Numbered from the stretch's first letter, positions 1 to 10,189 are shown. The stretch is DNA of 32,000 nucleotides from Prochlorococcus marinus subsp. pastoris str. CCMP1986 (GCF_000011465.1 NC_005072.1:270001-302000), one strand, 5' to 3'. Notes: generated by a model not told the origin, from the sequence alone. A program made the numbers and translations.

Positions 1-1086
1 CTTTAGATCGATAAATGATCTTTTCAGTTTTCCTTCTGGATATTTATCAAAGTCAATATCCCTAAAATTCTCGTCTGGACCAACTGATGGAAAATCATCA
101 TAAAAAATACTATCTAATACGATTTTGGAATCTTTTTCAAATGCATTTACATGATGAAAAACGAATCCTTCTGGAGCATCTATTGTTAACGGTGGCTGAC
201 CTCTAAATAATCCACTTTCTCTGGGGATGATAAAAAACTTTGCCTTTTTATTTGGGTTTGACTTTAGACATTGTGCTGCTCCTCTTTGACCCATTACAAA
301 TGGAAGAGGATTGAAATCAATAGCATTCTGCAAAAATATTGCCCAATTAGTTGTAATTGCGAAATCATGAAGGAATGCAAAGCCATTAAAGGTATCTTTT
401 CTGTCGAAAATGAGCTCTCCAGAATTTAAACCAGTATTATTAAATTCCATTAATCTAATGGTACTTTTTGGCCCGGTTTGTACTCCAAACGTGACTAAAA
501 GTTCTGAAGATGCTTTTGAGTTTAGGTCTTTTTTTGGATGTGCACTGAATGCTTCGTTAGGCTTGAGTACCCCTTTTAATGTTGTTAAACCAATAGTGTC
601 CAGACTATCAGGATCTATTGCATGTGGACCGGCTGCTTCCCATAATGCAAGAATTTCATCTCCTAATTTAACGACATGAGTATTAGCGATATTCTTGAAT
701 TTTAGATCTAATGCATTATTTAAAATTCCTCCATTTTTTTGTGTACCAAAAACACCTCTATAAATAAATTTATTTATTTTTTCTTCCTCCAAATAGCCTT
801 TAGTTTTAACAAATCTATTTGTTAAGAACGGCTGACCATTTTCGAATTTTATGGATGTTATCATTCCATCTCCATCAAATGGATGATGAACCCATTGTCC
901 ACCTCTCTCTAATATTCCTGGTCCATTTCTTAATAATGTTCCATTTAAATTATTAATATTATTACCTTTGCTGATTTTTAGAGGCTCATTGGTAAGCTCC
1001 TTTTCTACATTTTGATACGCACTTGACCAATCTTCTTTATTAAAACTTTTAGGTTTATCAATTTTTTTATCTTGTAAATTAGTCAC
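1..1086 (-). CDS. Carotenoid/apocarotenoid cleavage oxygenase (RPE65/CCO family). N-terminal ~362 codons only; the 3' end runs off the window start.
   Basis: Absent from the ORF track because the ORF is open at the window edge. Manual reverse translation in the frame with codons at 1-3, 4-6, and so on: 841-900 gives GQWVHHPFDGDGMITSIKFE (HPFDGDGM box); 121-240 gives KFFIIPRESGLFRGQPPLTIDAPEGFVFHHVNAFEKDSKI (His-ligand region); 1-60 gives DIDFDKYPEGKLKRSFIDLK. There is no in-frame ATG between the conserved N-terminal region and the upstream stop at 1159-1161. GTG at 1084-1086 gives (M)TNLQDKKIDKPKSFNKEDW, a length matching cyanobacterial apocarotenoid oxygenase N-termini as I recall them. Confidence 0.85.
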   Translation of the reverse strand, partial: MTNLQDKKIDKPKSFNKEDWSSAYQNVEKELTNEPLKISKGNNINNLNGTLLRNGPGILERGGQWVHHPFDGDGMITSIKFENGQPFLTNRFVKTKGYLEEEKINKFIYRGVFGTQKNGGILNNALDLKFKNIANTHVVKLGDEILALWEAAGPHAIDPDSLDTIGLTTLKGVLKPNEAFSAHPKKDLNSKASSELLVTFGVQTGPKSTIRLMEFNNTGLNSGELIFDRKDTFNGFAFLHDFAITTNWAIFLQNAIDFNPLPFVMGQRGAAQCLKSNPNKKAKFFIIPRESGLFRGQPPLTIDAPEGFVFHHVNAFEKDSKIVLDSIFYDDFPSVGPDENFRDIDFDKYPEGKLKRSFIDLK

Positions 1087-1158
1087 AACAAAATAATAAC
1101 TTTGTCTATCTTCGCCAAAAATCAACTGAATTGTGGCTGATTCGAAAAAATTCCTATT

Positions 1159-1764
1159 TTATTGATTTTCAAGCATTCCTTTACTGCTTGGAATTGAATC
1201 AGATCTTCTTAGATCTATTTCGGTAGCCATTCTCATTGCTCGTGAAAAAGCTTTAAAGCAAGCCTCAACTATATGATGTGAATTGCTACCTCTTATTTGA
1301 TTAATATGCAGAGTAATACCACTGTTATTTACAAAGGCGATAAAAAACTCTTTTACTAGTTCAGTATCATAATTGCCAATTCTAGGAGCTTTTAATTGAA
1401 GATCATAAGATAGATGTGGTCTGCCGGAACAGTCCAAAGTAACTTGAACTAATGCTTCATCTAATGGGGCAAAGAAATGTCCAAATCTACTGATTCCTTT
1501 TCTTTCTCCCAAGGCTTTTGAAAATGCTTTGCCTAACGCGATTCCTACATCTTCATTTGTATGATGATCATCAATATGGGTATCTCCAATTGCTTTTATT
1601 TTTAAATCGAATAAACCATGACTGGATATTTGATGAAGCATATGATCTAAGAAAGGTATCCCGGTTTCAATTTCGGAAATCCCATTCCCATCTAAGTTTA
1701 TAAATACAGAAATATCTGTTTCATTCGTTTTTCTTTTTATTTCAGATTGCCTTAGAGATGACAT
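1159..1764 (-). CDS. hisB: Imidazoleglycerol-phosphate dehydratase
   Basis: 201-aa ORF with the characteristic motifs [39 protein letters not shown] and [15 protein letters not shown]. Confidence 0.95.
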   Translation of the reverse strand: MSSLRQSEIKRKTNETDISVFINLDGNGISEIETGIPFLDHMLHQISSHGLFDLKIKAIGDTHIDDHHTNEDVGIALGKAFSKALGERKGISRFGHFFAPLDEALVQVTLDCSGRPHLSYDLQLKAPRIGNYDTELVKEFFIAFVNNSGITLHINQIRGSNSHHIVEACFKAFSRAMRMATEIDLRRSDSIPSSKGMLENQ

Positions 1765-1784
1765 TTTTATGCAAAAAATTTAGT

Positions 1785-2567
1785 TTACATTCCATTAATG
1801 CAGTAACCCGCATCAACATAAATTGTTTGGCCTGAAATGCCGCTAGAGAGATCACTTAATAAAAAAGCAGCAGTATTACCTACTTCCGTTTGAGTGACTG
1901 TTCTGCGTAAAGGAGCCTTTTCTTCAACATTGTGAATCATATCTAAAATGCCACCTATAGCAGAACTAGCAAGTGTTCTTATAGGTCCAGCACTTATTGC
2001 ATTAACTCTGACTTGTTTTTCGGGCCCAAGTTCTGCAGAAAGATATCTTACTGAAGCTTCTAAAGCTGCTTTTGCAACTCCCATCACGTTGTAGTTAGGG
2101 ATCGCCCTCTCTGAACCTAAATAAGTTAATGAGACAACGCCAGCACCATCACTAAAAAGTGGTTTTGCTGCTTTACATAAAGGTGCTAACGAATACGCAC
2201 TTATATTAAGAGCCCTATCAAAACCCTCTGAAGTCGTGGCACTATAATCTCCAATCAATTCATCGCGTCCTGCAAATGCTAGGCAGTGAACTAATCCGTC
2301 AATTTGACCCCAATTGTCTTTTATATTTTTAAAGATTTCTTCAATTTGAGCTGGATTTTGAACATCAAGAGGCAAAAATAAGGATGGGTTTAACGGTTGA
2401 GTTAGTTCTCTAACTTTAGATTCGAATCTTCCCTTATCATCAGGCAAATATGTGATTCCAAGTTCTGCGCCAGCTTTTGAAAGTTGTTGAGCAATACCCC
2501 ATGCTATTGAACGGTTATTGGCAATTCCCGTAACCAGAATTTTTTTGCCAGATAGATTTAGAAGCAT
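1785..2567 (-). CDS. fabI: Enoyl-[acyl-carrier-protein] reductase (NADH)
   Basis: SDR fold with LSGKKILVTGIANNRSIAWGIA (FabI-type dinucleotide site), YNVMGVAKAALEASVRYLA (Tyr/Lys catalytic region) and NAISAGPIRTLA. Start moved to the internal ATG at 2565-2567 (MLLNLSGKK). The 27 upstream codons of the track ORF are low-complexity and have no FabI counterpart. Confidence 0.92.
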   Translation of the reverse strand: MLLNLSGKKILVTGIANNRSIAWGIAQQLSKAGAELGITYLPDDKGRFESKVRELTQPLNPSLFLPLDVQNPAQIEEIFKNIKDNWGQIDGLVHCLAFAGRDELIGDYSATTSEGFDRALNISAYSLAPLCKAAKPLFSDGAGVVSLTYLGSERAIPNYNVMGVAKAALEASVRYLSAELGPEKQVRVNAISAGPIRTLASSAIGGILDMIHNVEEKAPLRRTVTQTEVGNTAAFLLSDLSSGISGQTIYVDAGYCINGM

Positions 2568-2673
2568 TTTGTTTATTATTTCTATATATTCTCCTATATC
2601 AAAGTACCTATCTTTACGGATTACTGCAAAATATACAATAATTTTCAAATATCAAAGAATATTCAACTTAAAA

Positions 2674-3267
2674 ATGGTCAAAACAAATTCTATGGTTTTG
2701 GAATTAGGTTTTCAATTACCTAATTTCAAAATGTTAAATGCTAATTCTTCTAATAATCAATATTTTAATTCTCATAATCTAGATAATCGGCATTTACTTT
2801 TAATGTTTATTTGTGCCCATTGTCCATTTGTTAAATATATTGAGAATCAAATTTTCACCTTAAGTAAAGAAATTGAAAATACAGTTCAAACAGTTGCAAT
2901 TTCTAGTAATGATATTGTCACTCATCCTTCAGATTCTCCTGATTATTTGAGATTACAAGCACAATCACAGGGATGGAGTTTCCCTTATCTATATGATGAA
3001 AATCAAAATTTTGCTAAGGAATTAAAAGCGGCTTGCACCCCGGATTTTTATCTTTTTTCAAATGAAGGAGATGGTGATTTTTTATTGTTTTATCATGGCC
3101 AATTAGATGATAGTAGACCAGGTAATAATATTCCCCTGTCTGGAAAAGATTTGCGCTCTGCTGTAAAAGATTTGAATCAAGATAATTCTTATCCTTCAAA
3201 TCAGATTCCTTCTTTAGGTTGCAATATAAAATGGACTCCTGGTAAAGAACCGAGTTGGTTTAAATGA
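2674..3267 (+). CDS. Thioredoxin-fold (AhpC/TSA-redoxin-like) thiol-disulfide oxidoreductase family protein
   Basis: The ORF contains LLLMFICAHCPFVKY (a CxxC in thioredoxin-fold context), TPDFYLF and a C-terminal GCNIKW motif typical of this conserved cyanobacterial redoxin family. Start placed at ATG 2674 (MVKTNS); the track ORF's upstream part overlaps the fabI 5' end antisense. Confidence 0.72.
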   Translation: MVKTNSMVLELGFQLPNFKMLNANSSNNQYFNSHNLDNRHLLLMFICAHCPFVKYIENQIFTLSKEIENTVQTVAISSNDIVTHPSDSPDYLRLQAQSQGWSFPYLYDENQNFAKELKAACTPDFYLFSNEGDGDFLLFYHGQLDDSRPGNNIPLSGKDLRSAVKDLNQDNSYPSNQIPSLGCNIKWTPGKEPSWFK

Positions 3268-3320
3268 ATTAAAAAATTTTTTTACCCATAGAAATATGGT
3301 TTAGGGTTAATATATTCATT

Positions 3321-4526
3321 ATGCAGATACCTCCATTTACTTTAAATAGGCAGTACCAAGAAATTGGCTCAGAAATTGAGAGCGAGGTTTCTAAAGTTTT
3401 AAAAGGGGGGCAGTATATTGGAGGACAAGAAATTGCCAAATTTGAGGAGAGTTTTTCTAGTCTGATTGGTGTTGAAAATACTATTGGATGTAATAGTGGA
3501 ACTGATGCTTTAGTATTAGCTTTGCGCGCATTAGATATTGGTGTGGGTGATGAAGTTATTACCTCATCTTTTAGCTTTTTTGCGACTGCAGAGGCTATTA
3601 GTGCAGTTGGTGCTAATCCTGTTTTGGTAGATATAGATCCAGAAACTTATCTCATTAATACTGAACTAATAGAACAAGAAATAAATTCTAATACCAAGGC
3701 AATTATGCCAGTTCATTTATTTGGGAATGCAGTGAATATGACCTTAATAAAATCTTTGGCCAACAAATATGACTTAAAAGTAATCGAAGATTGTGCCCAG
3801 GCAACATGCACAATGTGGGATAATTCTAAAGTTGGTAGTATCGGTGATATAGGTTGTTTTAGCTTTTTTCCTACTAAAAATTTAGGAGCTGCTGGAGATG
3901 GTGGAGCAGTAACAACTTCAGATCAGAATATTGCCAATAAAATTAGAGAACTGGCTGTTCATGGCAGCCCAATAAGATATCACCATACCCAAATTGGATA
4001 TAACAGCAGACTTGATACCATTCAAGCTGCCATATTAAACATTAAAATTAAATATATTTCTAAGTGGATTAATAATCGCCAAATAATTGCTAATAATTAC
4101 CTTGATTTATTAGGAAAAAATCCATTTATTAGTTTTCCAAAAATTAGCTCTGATTTAATTTCCCATTCTTGGAATCAATTTGTCATCAAATTAAGAAACG
4201 ATAAATATTTTTTAAATGAAGATTTTTCAAATTTATTTGATACTGATTGCAAAAAATACTATTCCTTAAGGAATTTGGTCAAACAACAACTTTTTGAAAA
4301 AGGTATTAATTCAATTATTTATTATCCAATTCCAATACATGCACAAATAGCTTACAAAAATAAAAATTTTTCTAGAATAAAACTTATAAATACAGAGAGA
4401 ATTTGTACAGAGGTTCTAAGTCTCCCAATGTTTCCTGAAATTTCTTATGAAGAGCAAGTTTATATAGCAGAAAATTTAAATAAAGTTTTAAAGTATTGTA
4501 TAGATGAAATTCAAATTTCAGCATAA
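3321..4526 (+). CDS. DegT/DnrJ/EryC1/StrS-family PLP-dependent (sugar) aminotransferase
   Basis: 401-aa ORF with GGQYIGGQEIAKFEESF, NSGTDALVLALRAL, AIMPVHLFG and the PLP-lysine context FSFFPTKNLGAAGDGGAVTT. Confidence 0.85.
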   Translation: MQIPPFTLNRQYQEIGSEIESEVSKVLKGGQYIGGQEIAKFEESFSSLIGVENTIGCNSGTDALVLALRALDIGVGDEVITSSFSFFATAEAISAVGANPVLVDIDPETYLINTELIEQEINSNTKAIMPVHLFGNAVNMTLIKSLANKYDLKVIEDCAQATCTMWDNSKVGSIGDIGCFSFFPTKNLGAAGDGGAVTTSDQNIANKIRELAVHGSPIRYHHTQIGYNSRLDTIQAAILNIKIKYISKWINNRQIIANNYLDLLGKNPFISFPKISSDLISHSWNQFVIKLRNDKYFLNEDFSNLFDTDCKKYYSLRNLVKQQLFEKGINSIIYYPIPIHAQIAYKNKNFSRIKLINTERICTEVLSLPMFPEISYEEQVYIAENLNKVLKYCIDEIQISA

Positions 4527-5947
4527 AGTGATTTAAATAATCTTTGTTGTATGTTGTGATTGACGATAGGGCTTGAATAATTATTTTTTTCTAAATTAGA
4601 TATCTCCCCATTTAATAATTCTGAATTTGACACTCTAGATAATTCAGGAATCCAATATTTTATATATTCGCAAATAGGATCAAATTTTTTTGCTTGGGTA
4701 TATGGATTAAAAATTCTAAGTGGTTTTGGATCCATACCGCTACTGGCGCTCCACTGCCATCCCCCATTATTTGCAGCTAAGTCTCCATCAACCAACGTCT
4801 CCATAAATTTTTTCTCGCCCATTTGCCAACTGCATATAAGATCTTTTACCAGAAATGAAGCGACTATCATCCTACATCTATTATGCATCCAGCCAGTACT
4901 ATTAAGTTGACGCATTGCAGCATCAACTATAGGTACTCCGGTCTCTCCGTTGCTCCAATGTTGAAACAATTCATTATTGTTTTGCCATGGAAAGTGATCC
5001 CATTTTTTTCTATATGGACCTTTCTCTAGCTCTGGGAAATGGAATAAGCAATGTTGATAAAATTCACGCCAAACAAGTTCTTTTTGCCATGTTTCAATTG
5101 ATAGGTAATTTTCTTGATTTGCAAAATCTGAATTTAAATTTAATGTAGCGTTCCAAACTTTTCTAATGCTGATGGTGCCGAATCTGAGAGATGCACTTAG
5201 AAATGATGTCCCATTATGTGAAGGAAAATCTCTTGCAGAATTATAAGAATATATTTTTTTTTCGTTAATGAAGTTTTCTAATAATGTTTGCGCAGCATTC
5301 TCTCCAGGTCTACATGGACAAATATTCGAACCAGGAAATTTGATATTTTTGATAAATTTCTCTAGAACCGAATCAGATGAATTTATTGCCTTATTTTCTT
5401 TGAATTTATTATCTATATCTTTAAACTGGAAAACAACTTTATCTTGTTCAAATGAACCTAATAAATTAATTTTTGATTTAAGGTTTTTATAAAAAGGTCC
5501 ATAAACTGAATAAGGATTATTATTCCCTGAAAATATTTTTAAAGGTTCTATTAATAAGTGATCCCAAGTTTCAATAACTTGAATATTTTGTTCTTTTAAA
5601 TTATTTTTTATTTCTAAATCTCGATTAATCTCATAAGGTTCAATTGATCTATTCCAAAAAACAAATTTAGCATCTATTTTCTTTGCTAATTGAGGAATTA
5701 TTAATACCGGATCTCCTTCTTCCAAAACTAATCTACTACCCATTTTTTTCCAATTATTTCCTAATTCTTGAAGCGAATTTCCTAGAAACCAAGCTCTTGA
5801 ACTTGCATTGAAATCGTGTGAGTAATTTTTATCAAATATATAAGTTGAAGTAATAGCATCTGATAATGAAAATGCTTTGATTAAAGCTTGATTATCAAAT
5901 ATTCTTAAATCCTTTCTATGCCAAAAAAGTATTCTAGGTTTATTCAT
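4511..5947 (-). CDS. phr: Deoxyribodipyrimidine (CPD) photolyase, class I
   Basis: 478-aa ORF. N-terminal ILFWHRKDLRIFDNQAL. C-terminal FAD-binding signature WREFYQH, TGVPIVDAAMRQL, GWMHNRCRMIVASFLVKDL and DGDLAANNGGWQWSASSG. Confidence 0.93.
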   Translation of the reverse strand: MNKPRILFWHRKDLRIFDNQALIKAFSLSDAITSTYIFDKNYSHDFNASSRAWFLGNSLQELGNNWKKMGSRLVLEEGDPVLIIPQLAKKIDAKFVFWNRSIEPYEINRDLEIKNNLKEQNIQVIETWDHLLIEPLKIFSGNNNPYSVYGPFYKNLKSKINLLGSFEQDKVVFQFKDIDNKFKENKAINSSDSVLEKFIKNIKFPGSNICPCRPGENAAQTLLENFINEKKIYSYNSARDFPSHNGTSFLSASLRFGTISIRKVWNATLNLNSDFANQENYLSIETWQKELVWREFYQHCLFHFPELEKGPYRKKWDHFPWQNNNELFQHWSNGETGVPIVDAAMRQLNSTGWMHNRCRMIVASFLVKDLICSWQMGEKKFMETLVDGDLAANNGGWQWSASSGMDPKPLRIFNPYTQAKKFDPICEYIKYWIPELSRVSNSELLNGEISNLEKNNYSSPIVNHNIQQRLFKSLYAEI

Positions 5948-6507
5948 AATTTATCTAACAATTGTTTAGCTCTAAACCAAGCCGTAACGGTTTTTGCGTC
6001 AAGAATTTCATCCCCACTAGAAATAAGATTATCTAGTTCGTCGGGTTCTAGAATTAATACTTCTATATCTTCATCTAAATCTCCTTTAACCTCGGAATTG
6101 AGTTTGTTTAAATCACGAGCTAAAAATAAATAAATTTCTTCATCTGCATAACCAGGAGCAGGGACAAGAGTTCCTAGTTCATCCCATTTGTTTGCACTGA
6201 ATCCAGTCTCTTCTTGTATTTCTCTTTGAATTGAATTAATAGGTGTTTCACCTATTTCTAATGTACCTGCTGGAAATTCTAATAAATACCTTGAAACAGC
6301 AAATCTATATTGCCGAAGAATGATAACTTTATTGTCTTTTGTAATAGGTACTGCTAATGCTGCGCCAGGATGCTTAATGTATCCATATTCACCTTCATGT
6401 CCATTTGGAAGCTCAATTCTATTTATTTCGAAACTAAATTTTTTTGACTTTAACTCAGATATTTTTTCTTTAAAAATCGATCTTTTTATAAAGTTTTTGT
6501 TGCCCAT
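5944..6507 (-). CDS. NUDIX hydrolase (ADP-ribose pyrophosphatase-like subfamily)
   Basis: Nudix box in EFPAGTLEIGETPINSIQREIQEETGF, followed by PAPGYADEEIYLFLA as in NudF-type enzymes. Its stop overlaps the phr start (ATGA at 5947-5944). Confidence 0.82.
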   Translation of the reverse strand: MGNKNFIKRSIFKEKISELKSKKFSFEINRIELPNGHEGEYGYIKHPGAALAVPITKDNKVIILRQYRFAVSRYLLEFPAGTLEIGETPINSIQREIQEETGFSANKWDELGTLVPAPGYADEEIYLFLARDLNKLNSEVKGDLDEDIEVLILEPDELDNLISSGDEILDAKTVTAWFRAKQLLDKL

Positions 6508-6558
6508 AATTTTTAAATAAAGACAGCCTAACAGTTATTTTTTGGTTTTGTAAATCAT

Positions 6559-7134
6559 TTATATAGTCCATTTTGGGGCATCAAACTTTTTGATTTTTTG
6601 GCTTCTACTTAAGATTTCAGATAGTGGTGTAATAACGAAATTCCGATTCATGAATCTAGGGTGAGGTAATGTTAATTTCTCGTCAACCGTATAAAAATCT
6701 TCCCACCAAAGAATATCTAAATCGAGACATCTTGATAGCCATTTCTTACCCTTTGGCGTCTCTTTTCGTCCGAAAAACCTCTCTAACTTTTTTAGCTCTT
6801 TTAAAAGTAATTTCGCGTTTTTATTTGATGTTTTAGGGAAAGAATTACTTTTTATAAGCAATAGAGTATTTAAATAATTTGGCTGCTCATTTTCAACTCC
6901 ATGAGGTAATGTCTCATAAATTGATGACCAAAAAAAGTTTGCATGAAATTTTCTTTTCTCTTCTTTTTTGTTGTTGTAAAGATCTCCCCACTCATTTATT
7001 ATTTCTTCTATTTTTGGTTTGCAAATTAATAGTGACTCAAGAGGGCTTCCGAATTTACTATCAATATTTGCTCCCAGGGATATACATAGTCCATTTTTGA
7101 TATTAAGATTTGATAATTCCACTAAAAAAAACAA
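6559..7134 (-). CDS. folK: 2-amino-4-hydroxy-6-hydroxymethyldihydropteridine pyrophosphokinase (HPPK)
   Basis: ISLGANIDS near the N-terminus, [10 protein letters not shown]...[27 protein letters not shown] and [21 protein letters not shown] match the HPPK pattern, with an inserted Lys/Glu-rich loop. Confidence 0.8.
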   Translation of the reverse strand: MFFLVELSNLNIKNGLCISLGANIDSKFGSPLESLLICKPKIEEIINEWGDLYNNKKEEKRKFHANFFWSSIYETLPHGVENEQPNYLNTLLLIKSNSFPKTSNKNAKLLLKELKKLERFFGRKETPKGKKWLSRCLDLDILWWEDFYTVDEKLTLPHPRFMNRNFVITPLSEILSRSQKIKKFDAPKWTI

Positions 7135-7218
7135 AGTTATTGGATAAATTCTATATCAGGCATTTTTAAAGTGATTTTGAACCCCGAGTTACAAGAAAAA
7201 GGAGAAATAAAAGATTTA

Positions 7219-9333
7219 ATGAAGTCAAGGGGTTCTTTTAGAGCTTTCCCATTGGCGGCAATTACAGGTCATAGTTTATTGAAGTTATCTTTACTTTTGG
7301 CAGCAGTTGATCCCAGTTTAGGAGGAGTGATTATCGCTGGAGGAAGAGGCACTGGTAAGTCAATATTAGCTAGGGGTTTGCATACTTTACTCCCTCCTAT
7401 AGAGGTATTAGATAATGAATCAATACTGGAAAAGCTAACTATGAGTAATAGTAATACTTCATTAAGACCTATTGGGAGGAACCTAGATCCAGATAAAGCA
7501 GAGGAATGGGATATTAGTACTAATAAATTGTTGGAGGAGGTAATTGGAAGTGATTATTTGAATCAAATTGAAGAAATTCCGAAAAAAGTAAGAGAGGCCC
7601 CATTTATTCAAGTTCCCATTGGCATAACTGAAGATAGGCTTGTTGGATCAATTGACGTCGCTGCATCATTAAGTTCGGGGGAACAAGTTTTTCAGCCAGG
7701 AGTTTTAGCAGAGGCTCATAGGGGTGTTTTGTATGTTGATGATATTAATTTATTGGATGACGGGATTGTAAATTTAATTCTTGAAGCTACTGGTAGAGAA
7801 CAAAATAATATTGAAAGAGATGGATTAAGTCTTTCTCATCCTTGCAGATCACTTTTGATAGCAACTTATAATCCTGAAGAAGGAGCTTTAAGAGATCATG
7901 TGTTAGATAGATTTGCAATTGTGCTCTCTGCGGATCAATCGATAGATAATAACCAAAGAGTTGAAATAACAAAATCTGTGTTATCTCATGCTGAAAACAA
8001 TATCAAGTTTTCAGAAAAATGGTCTGAAGAATCTGATAATTTATCCACCCAGTTAATTTTGGCTAGGCAATGGTTAAAGGATGTAAAAATTACTAAAGAA
8101 CAAATAACTTATTTAGTAAATGAAGCCCTTAGAGGTGGAGTCGAAGGACATAGATCTGAGTTGTTTGCAGTAAAAGTTGCTAAAGCAAATGCGGCCCTTC
8201 GAGGTGATGAGAATGTTAATTCTGATGATTTAAAGGTTGCAGTAAGGTTAGTAATTCTTCCAAGAGCTACGCAAATACCACCTCAGGATGATGATATTCA
8301 ACCACCACCCCCTCAGGATCAAAGCCCACCCCCACCTCAGTCAAATAATGAAGATTCTGAACCTGAATCTAACGAAAAAGAGGATAATCAAGAAGAAGAA
8401 CAAGATAATTCTGATGGGGAAGAAGATTCTACTCCCGATATTCCAGAAGAATTTATTCTTGATCCTGAATCATGCATGGTAGATCCTGATTTATTGCTTT
8501 TTTCATCAGCAAAATCTAAAGCAGGGAATAGTGGAAGTAGATCAGTAATTCTAAGTCAAAGCAGAGGTCGATATGTCAGACCTTTAATTCCAAGAGGCAA
8601 AGTAAAAAGAATTGCTGTTGATGCAACTCTCAGAGCCGCTGCTCCATATCAGAAATCTAGAAGATTAAAGAATCCGAATAAAACAATAATTATTGAAGAA
8701 AATGACTTTAGGGCAAAGCTCCTTCAAAAACAAGCAGGAGCTTTGGTTATTTTTTTAGTTGATGCTAGTGGTTCTATGGCACTTAATAGAATGCAAAGCG
8801 CTAAAGGTGCTGTCATAAGACTTTTGACTGAGGCTTATGAAAATAGAGATGAAGTAGCTCTAATACCATTTAGAGGAAATCAAGCAGAGGTTCTTTTGCC
8901 TCCAACAAGATCTATTACGGCAGCAAAAAGAAGGCTAGAGACTATGCCATGTGGAGGTGGATCACCTTTAGCTCATGGGTTAACTCAATCAGCAAAAGTA
9001 GCAAAAAATGCTCTTTCCACAGGAGATATAGGTCAGGTCATTGTTGTTGGAATAACTGATGGGAGGGGTAATGTCCCTTTAGGTACATCATTAGGTCAAG
9101 CAGAAGTTAATGAAAATGAAAATGTGGATTTAAAACAAGAAGTTTTAGATATTGCCGCTAAATACCCCATGTTAGGAATAAAGTTATTAATTATAGATAC
9201 AGAAAGGAAATTTATAGCTAGTGGTTTTGGAAAAGAACTTGCAGAAGCTGCACAAGGGAAATATGTTCAATTGCCTAAAGCTACTGATAAGACAATTGCC
9301 GCGATGGCCTTAAATGCAATTAATGAATTTTAA
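7219..9333 (+). CDS. chlD: Magnesium-protoporphyrin IX chelatase subunit D
   Basis: N-terminal AAA+ module (FPLAAITGH..., [26 protein letters not shown]), acidic/proline linker ([21 protein letters not shown]...[12 protein letters not shown]) and C-terminal vWA/MIDAS domain ([13 protein letters not shown]). ATG 7219 puts FPL at the same distance from the start as in other ChlD proteins. The GTG at 7171 used by the track remains possible. Confidence 0.93.
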   Translation: MKSRGSFRAFPLAAITGHSLLKLSLLLAAVDPSLGGVIIAGGRGTGKSILARGLHTLLPPIEVLDNESILEKLTMSNSNTSLRPIGRNLDPDKAEEWDISTNKLLEEVIGSDYLNQIEEIPKKVREAPFIQVPIGITEDRLVGSIDVAASLSSGEQVFQPGVLAEAHRGVLYVDDINLLDDGIVNLILEATGREQNNIERDGLSLSHPCRSLLIATYNPEEGALRDHVLDRFAIVLSADQSIDNNQRVEITKSVLSHAENNIKFSEKWSEESDNLSTQLILARQWLKDVKITKEQITYLVNEALRGGVEGHRSELFAVKVAKANAALRGDENVNSDDLKVAVRLVILPRATQIPPQDDDIQPPPPQDQSPPPPQSNNEDSEPESNEKEDNQEEEQDNSDGEEDSTPDIPEEFILDPESCMVDPDLLLFSSAKSKAGNSGSRSVILSQSRGRYVRPLIPRGKVKRIAVDATLRAAAPYQKSRRLKNPNKTIIIEENDFRAKLLQKQAGALVIFLVDASGSMALNRMQSAKGAVIRLLTEAYENRDEVALIPFRGNQAEVLLPPTRSITAAKRRLETMPCGGGSPLAHGLTQSAKVAKNALSTGDIGQVIVVGITDGRGNVPLGTSLGQAEVNENENVDLKQEVLDIAAKYPMLGIKLLIIDTERKFIASGFGKELAEAAQGKYVQLPKATDKTIAAMALNAINEF

Positions 9334-9338
9334 ATTTT

Positions 9339-10184
9339 TTATGGGTAAATCTCATTAAGGAATTTTGATAGTCCAATTGTTAAATCTCTTATAGATTTAG
9401 TTAATTCTTTATCTTTCATTAATTGTTCAAAATCATCACTCATATTATCAAATTTGCCTGATATTGATTCGGCTGCTTCTATTGTTAATTTAATATCTTT
9501 AAGGGTTTCTTCGTCATTTATAGTAGACAAAATATTGTTTAAATGACCTGCTGCAATGGTTACCTCTTTTATAAGAGGTTTAACTCTAATAATTTCTTGC
9601 TTTGACAAATAAATTAGTTCATCAAGATTTTCTTGTGTTTTATCAAATTGGTCTATTGAATTAACTACATTTTCAATTAAATTTTCTTGATTTGATTCTT
9701 TAAGTAGTTGATTTATCCTGTTAGTGATATTTGAAAGGCTCGATAGTTGTTTTCCAGTAATAGTGTCTCCTTGGCAAATTATTAATTTACTATCACATTT
9801 GTCTGATATGGCTTTTGGAGTATTCTTTGGAATTGTTTTTTCACTGGTTTCTAATGCAACTTGAACATCTCCCCCTAAAAATGAATTCGTAACAACTCTT
9901 GCGAATGCAGGTTTGGGAAGAATAATTTCTGGATTATTTAAAACAATTTTTGCTTTGATTGATTCATTAGTAAAAAGAATATCCTCAATTGAACCTACTA
10001 ATATCCCTCTGTAGGTTACTGGAGATTTTTTTGATAAACCACTTGCGTTGTTAAATTCTGCAAAAAGATACCAATTTTTTGAAGACAGCTTTACACCTCT
10101 TAACCAGAAAGAAAAAAATGTAAATACTAATAAACCTCCTAATAAGGAAAATCCTACTATCGAATCTCTTAAGCTTCTACGCAT
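9339..10184 (-). CDS. MCE/MlaD-family substrate-binding component of an ABC lipid transporter (TGD2/Ycf22-like)
   Basis: N-terminal TM helix (IVGFSLLGGLLVFTFFSFWL), then an MCE core (ASGLSKKSPVTYRGILVGSIEDI) and a long C-terminal helical region. Lies 5 bp downstream of the MlaF-like ATPase. Confidence 0.7.
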   Translation of the reverse strand: MRRSLRDSIVGFSLLGGLLVFTFFSFWLRGVKLSSKNWYLFAEFNNASGLSKKSPVTYRGILVGSIEDILFTNESIKAKIVLNNPEIILPKPAFARVVTNSFLGGDVQVALETSEKTIPKNTPKAISDKCDSKLIICQGDTITGKQLSSLSNITNRINQLLKESNQENLIENVVNSIDQFDKTQENLDELIYLSKQEIIRVKPLIKEVTIAAGHLNNILSTINDEETLKDIKLTIEAAESISGKFDNMSDDFEQLMKDKELTKSIRDLTIGLSKFLNEIYP

Positions 10185-10189
10185 AATTT

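Noticed and set aside
410-679. 89-aa plus-strand ORF from the track
   Set aside because: It lies entirely antisense inside the carotenoid oxygenase gene, whose minus-strand frame has clear family motifs. It has no motif of its own.
8278-8451. Pro/Gln then Asp/Glu-rich low-complexity stretch with an imperfect 21-nt reiteration (QPPPPQD / QSPPPPQS) in chlD
   Set aside because: An acidic, proline-rich linker between the AAA+ and vWA domains is a known hallmark of ChlD/BchD. It is not a DNA repeat element or an insertion.
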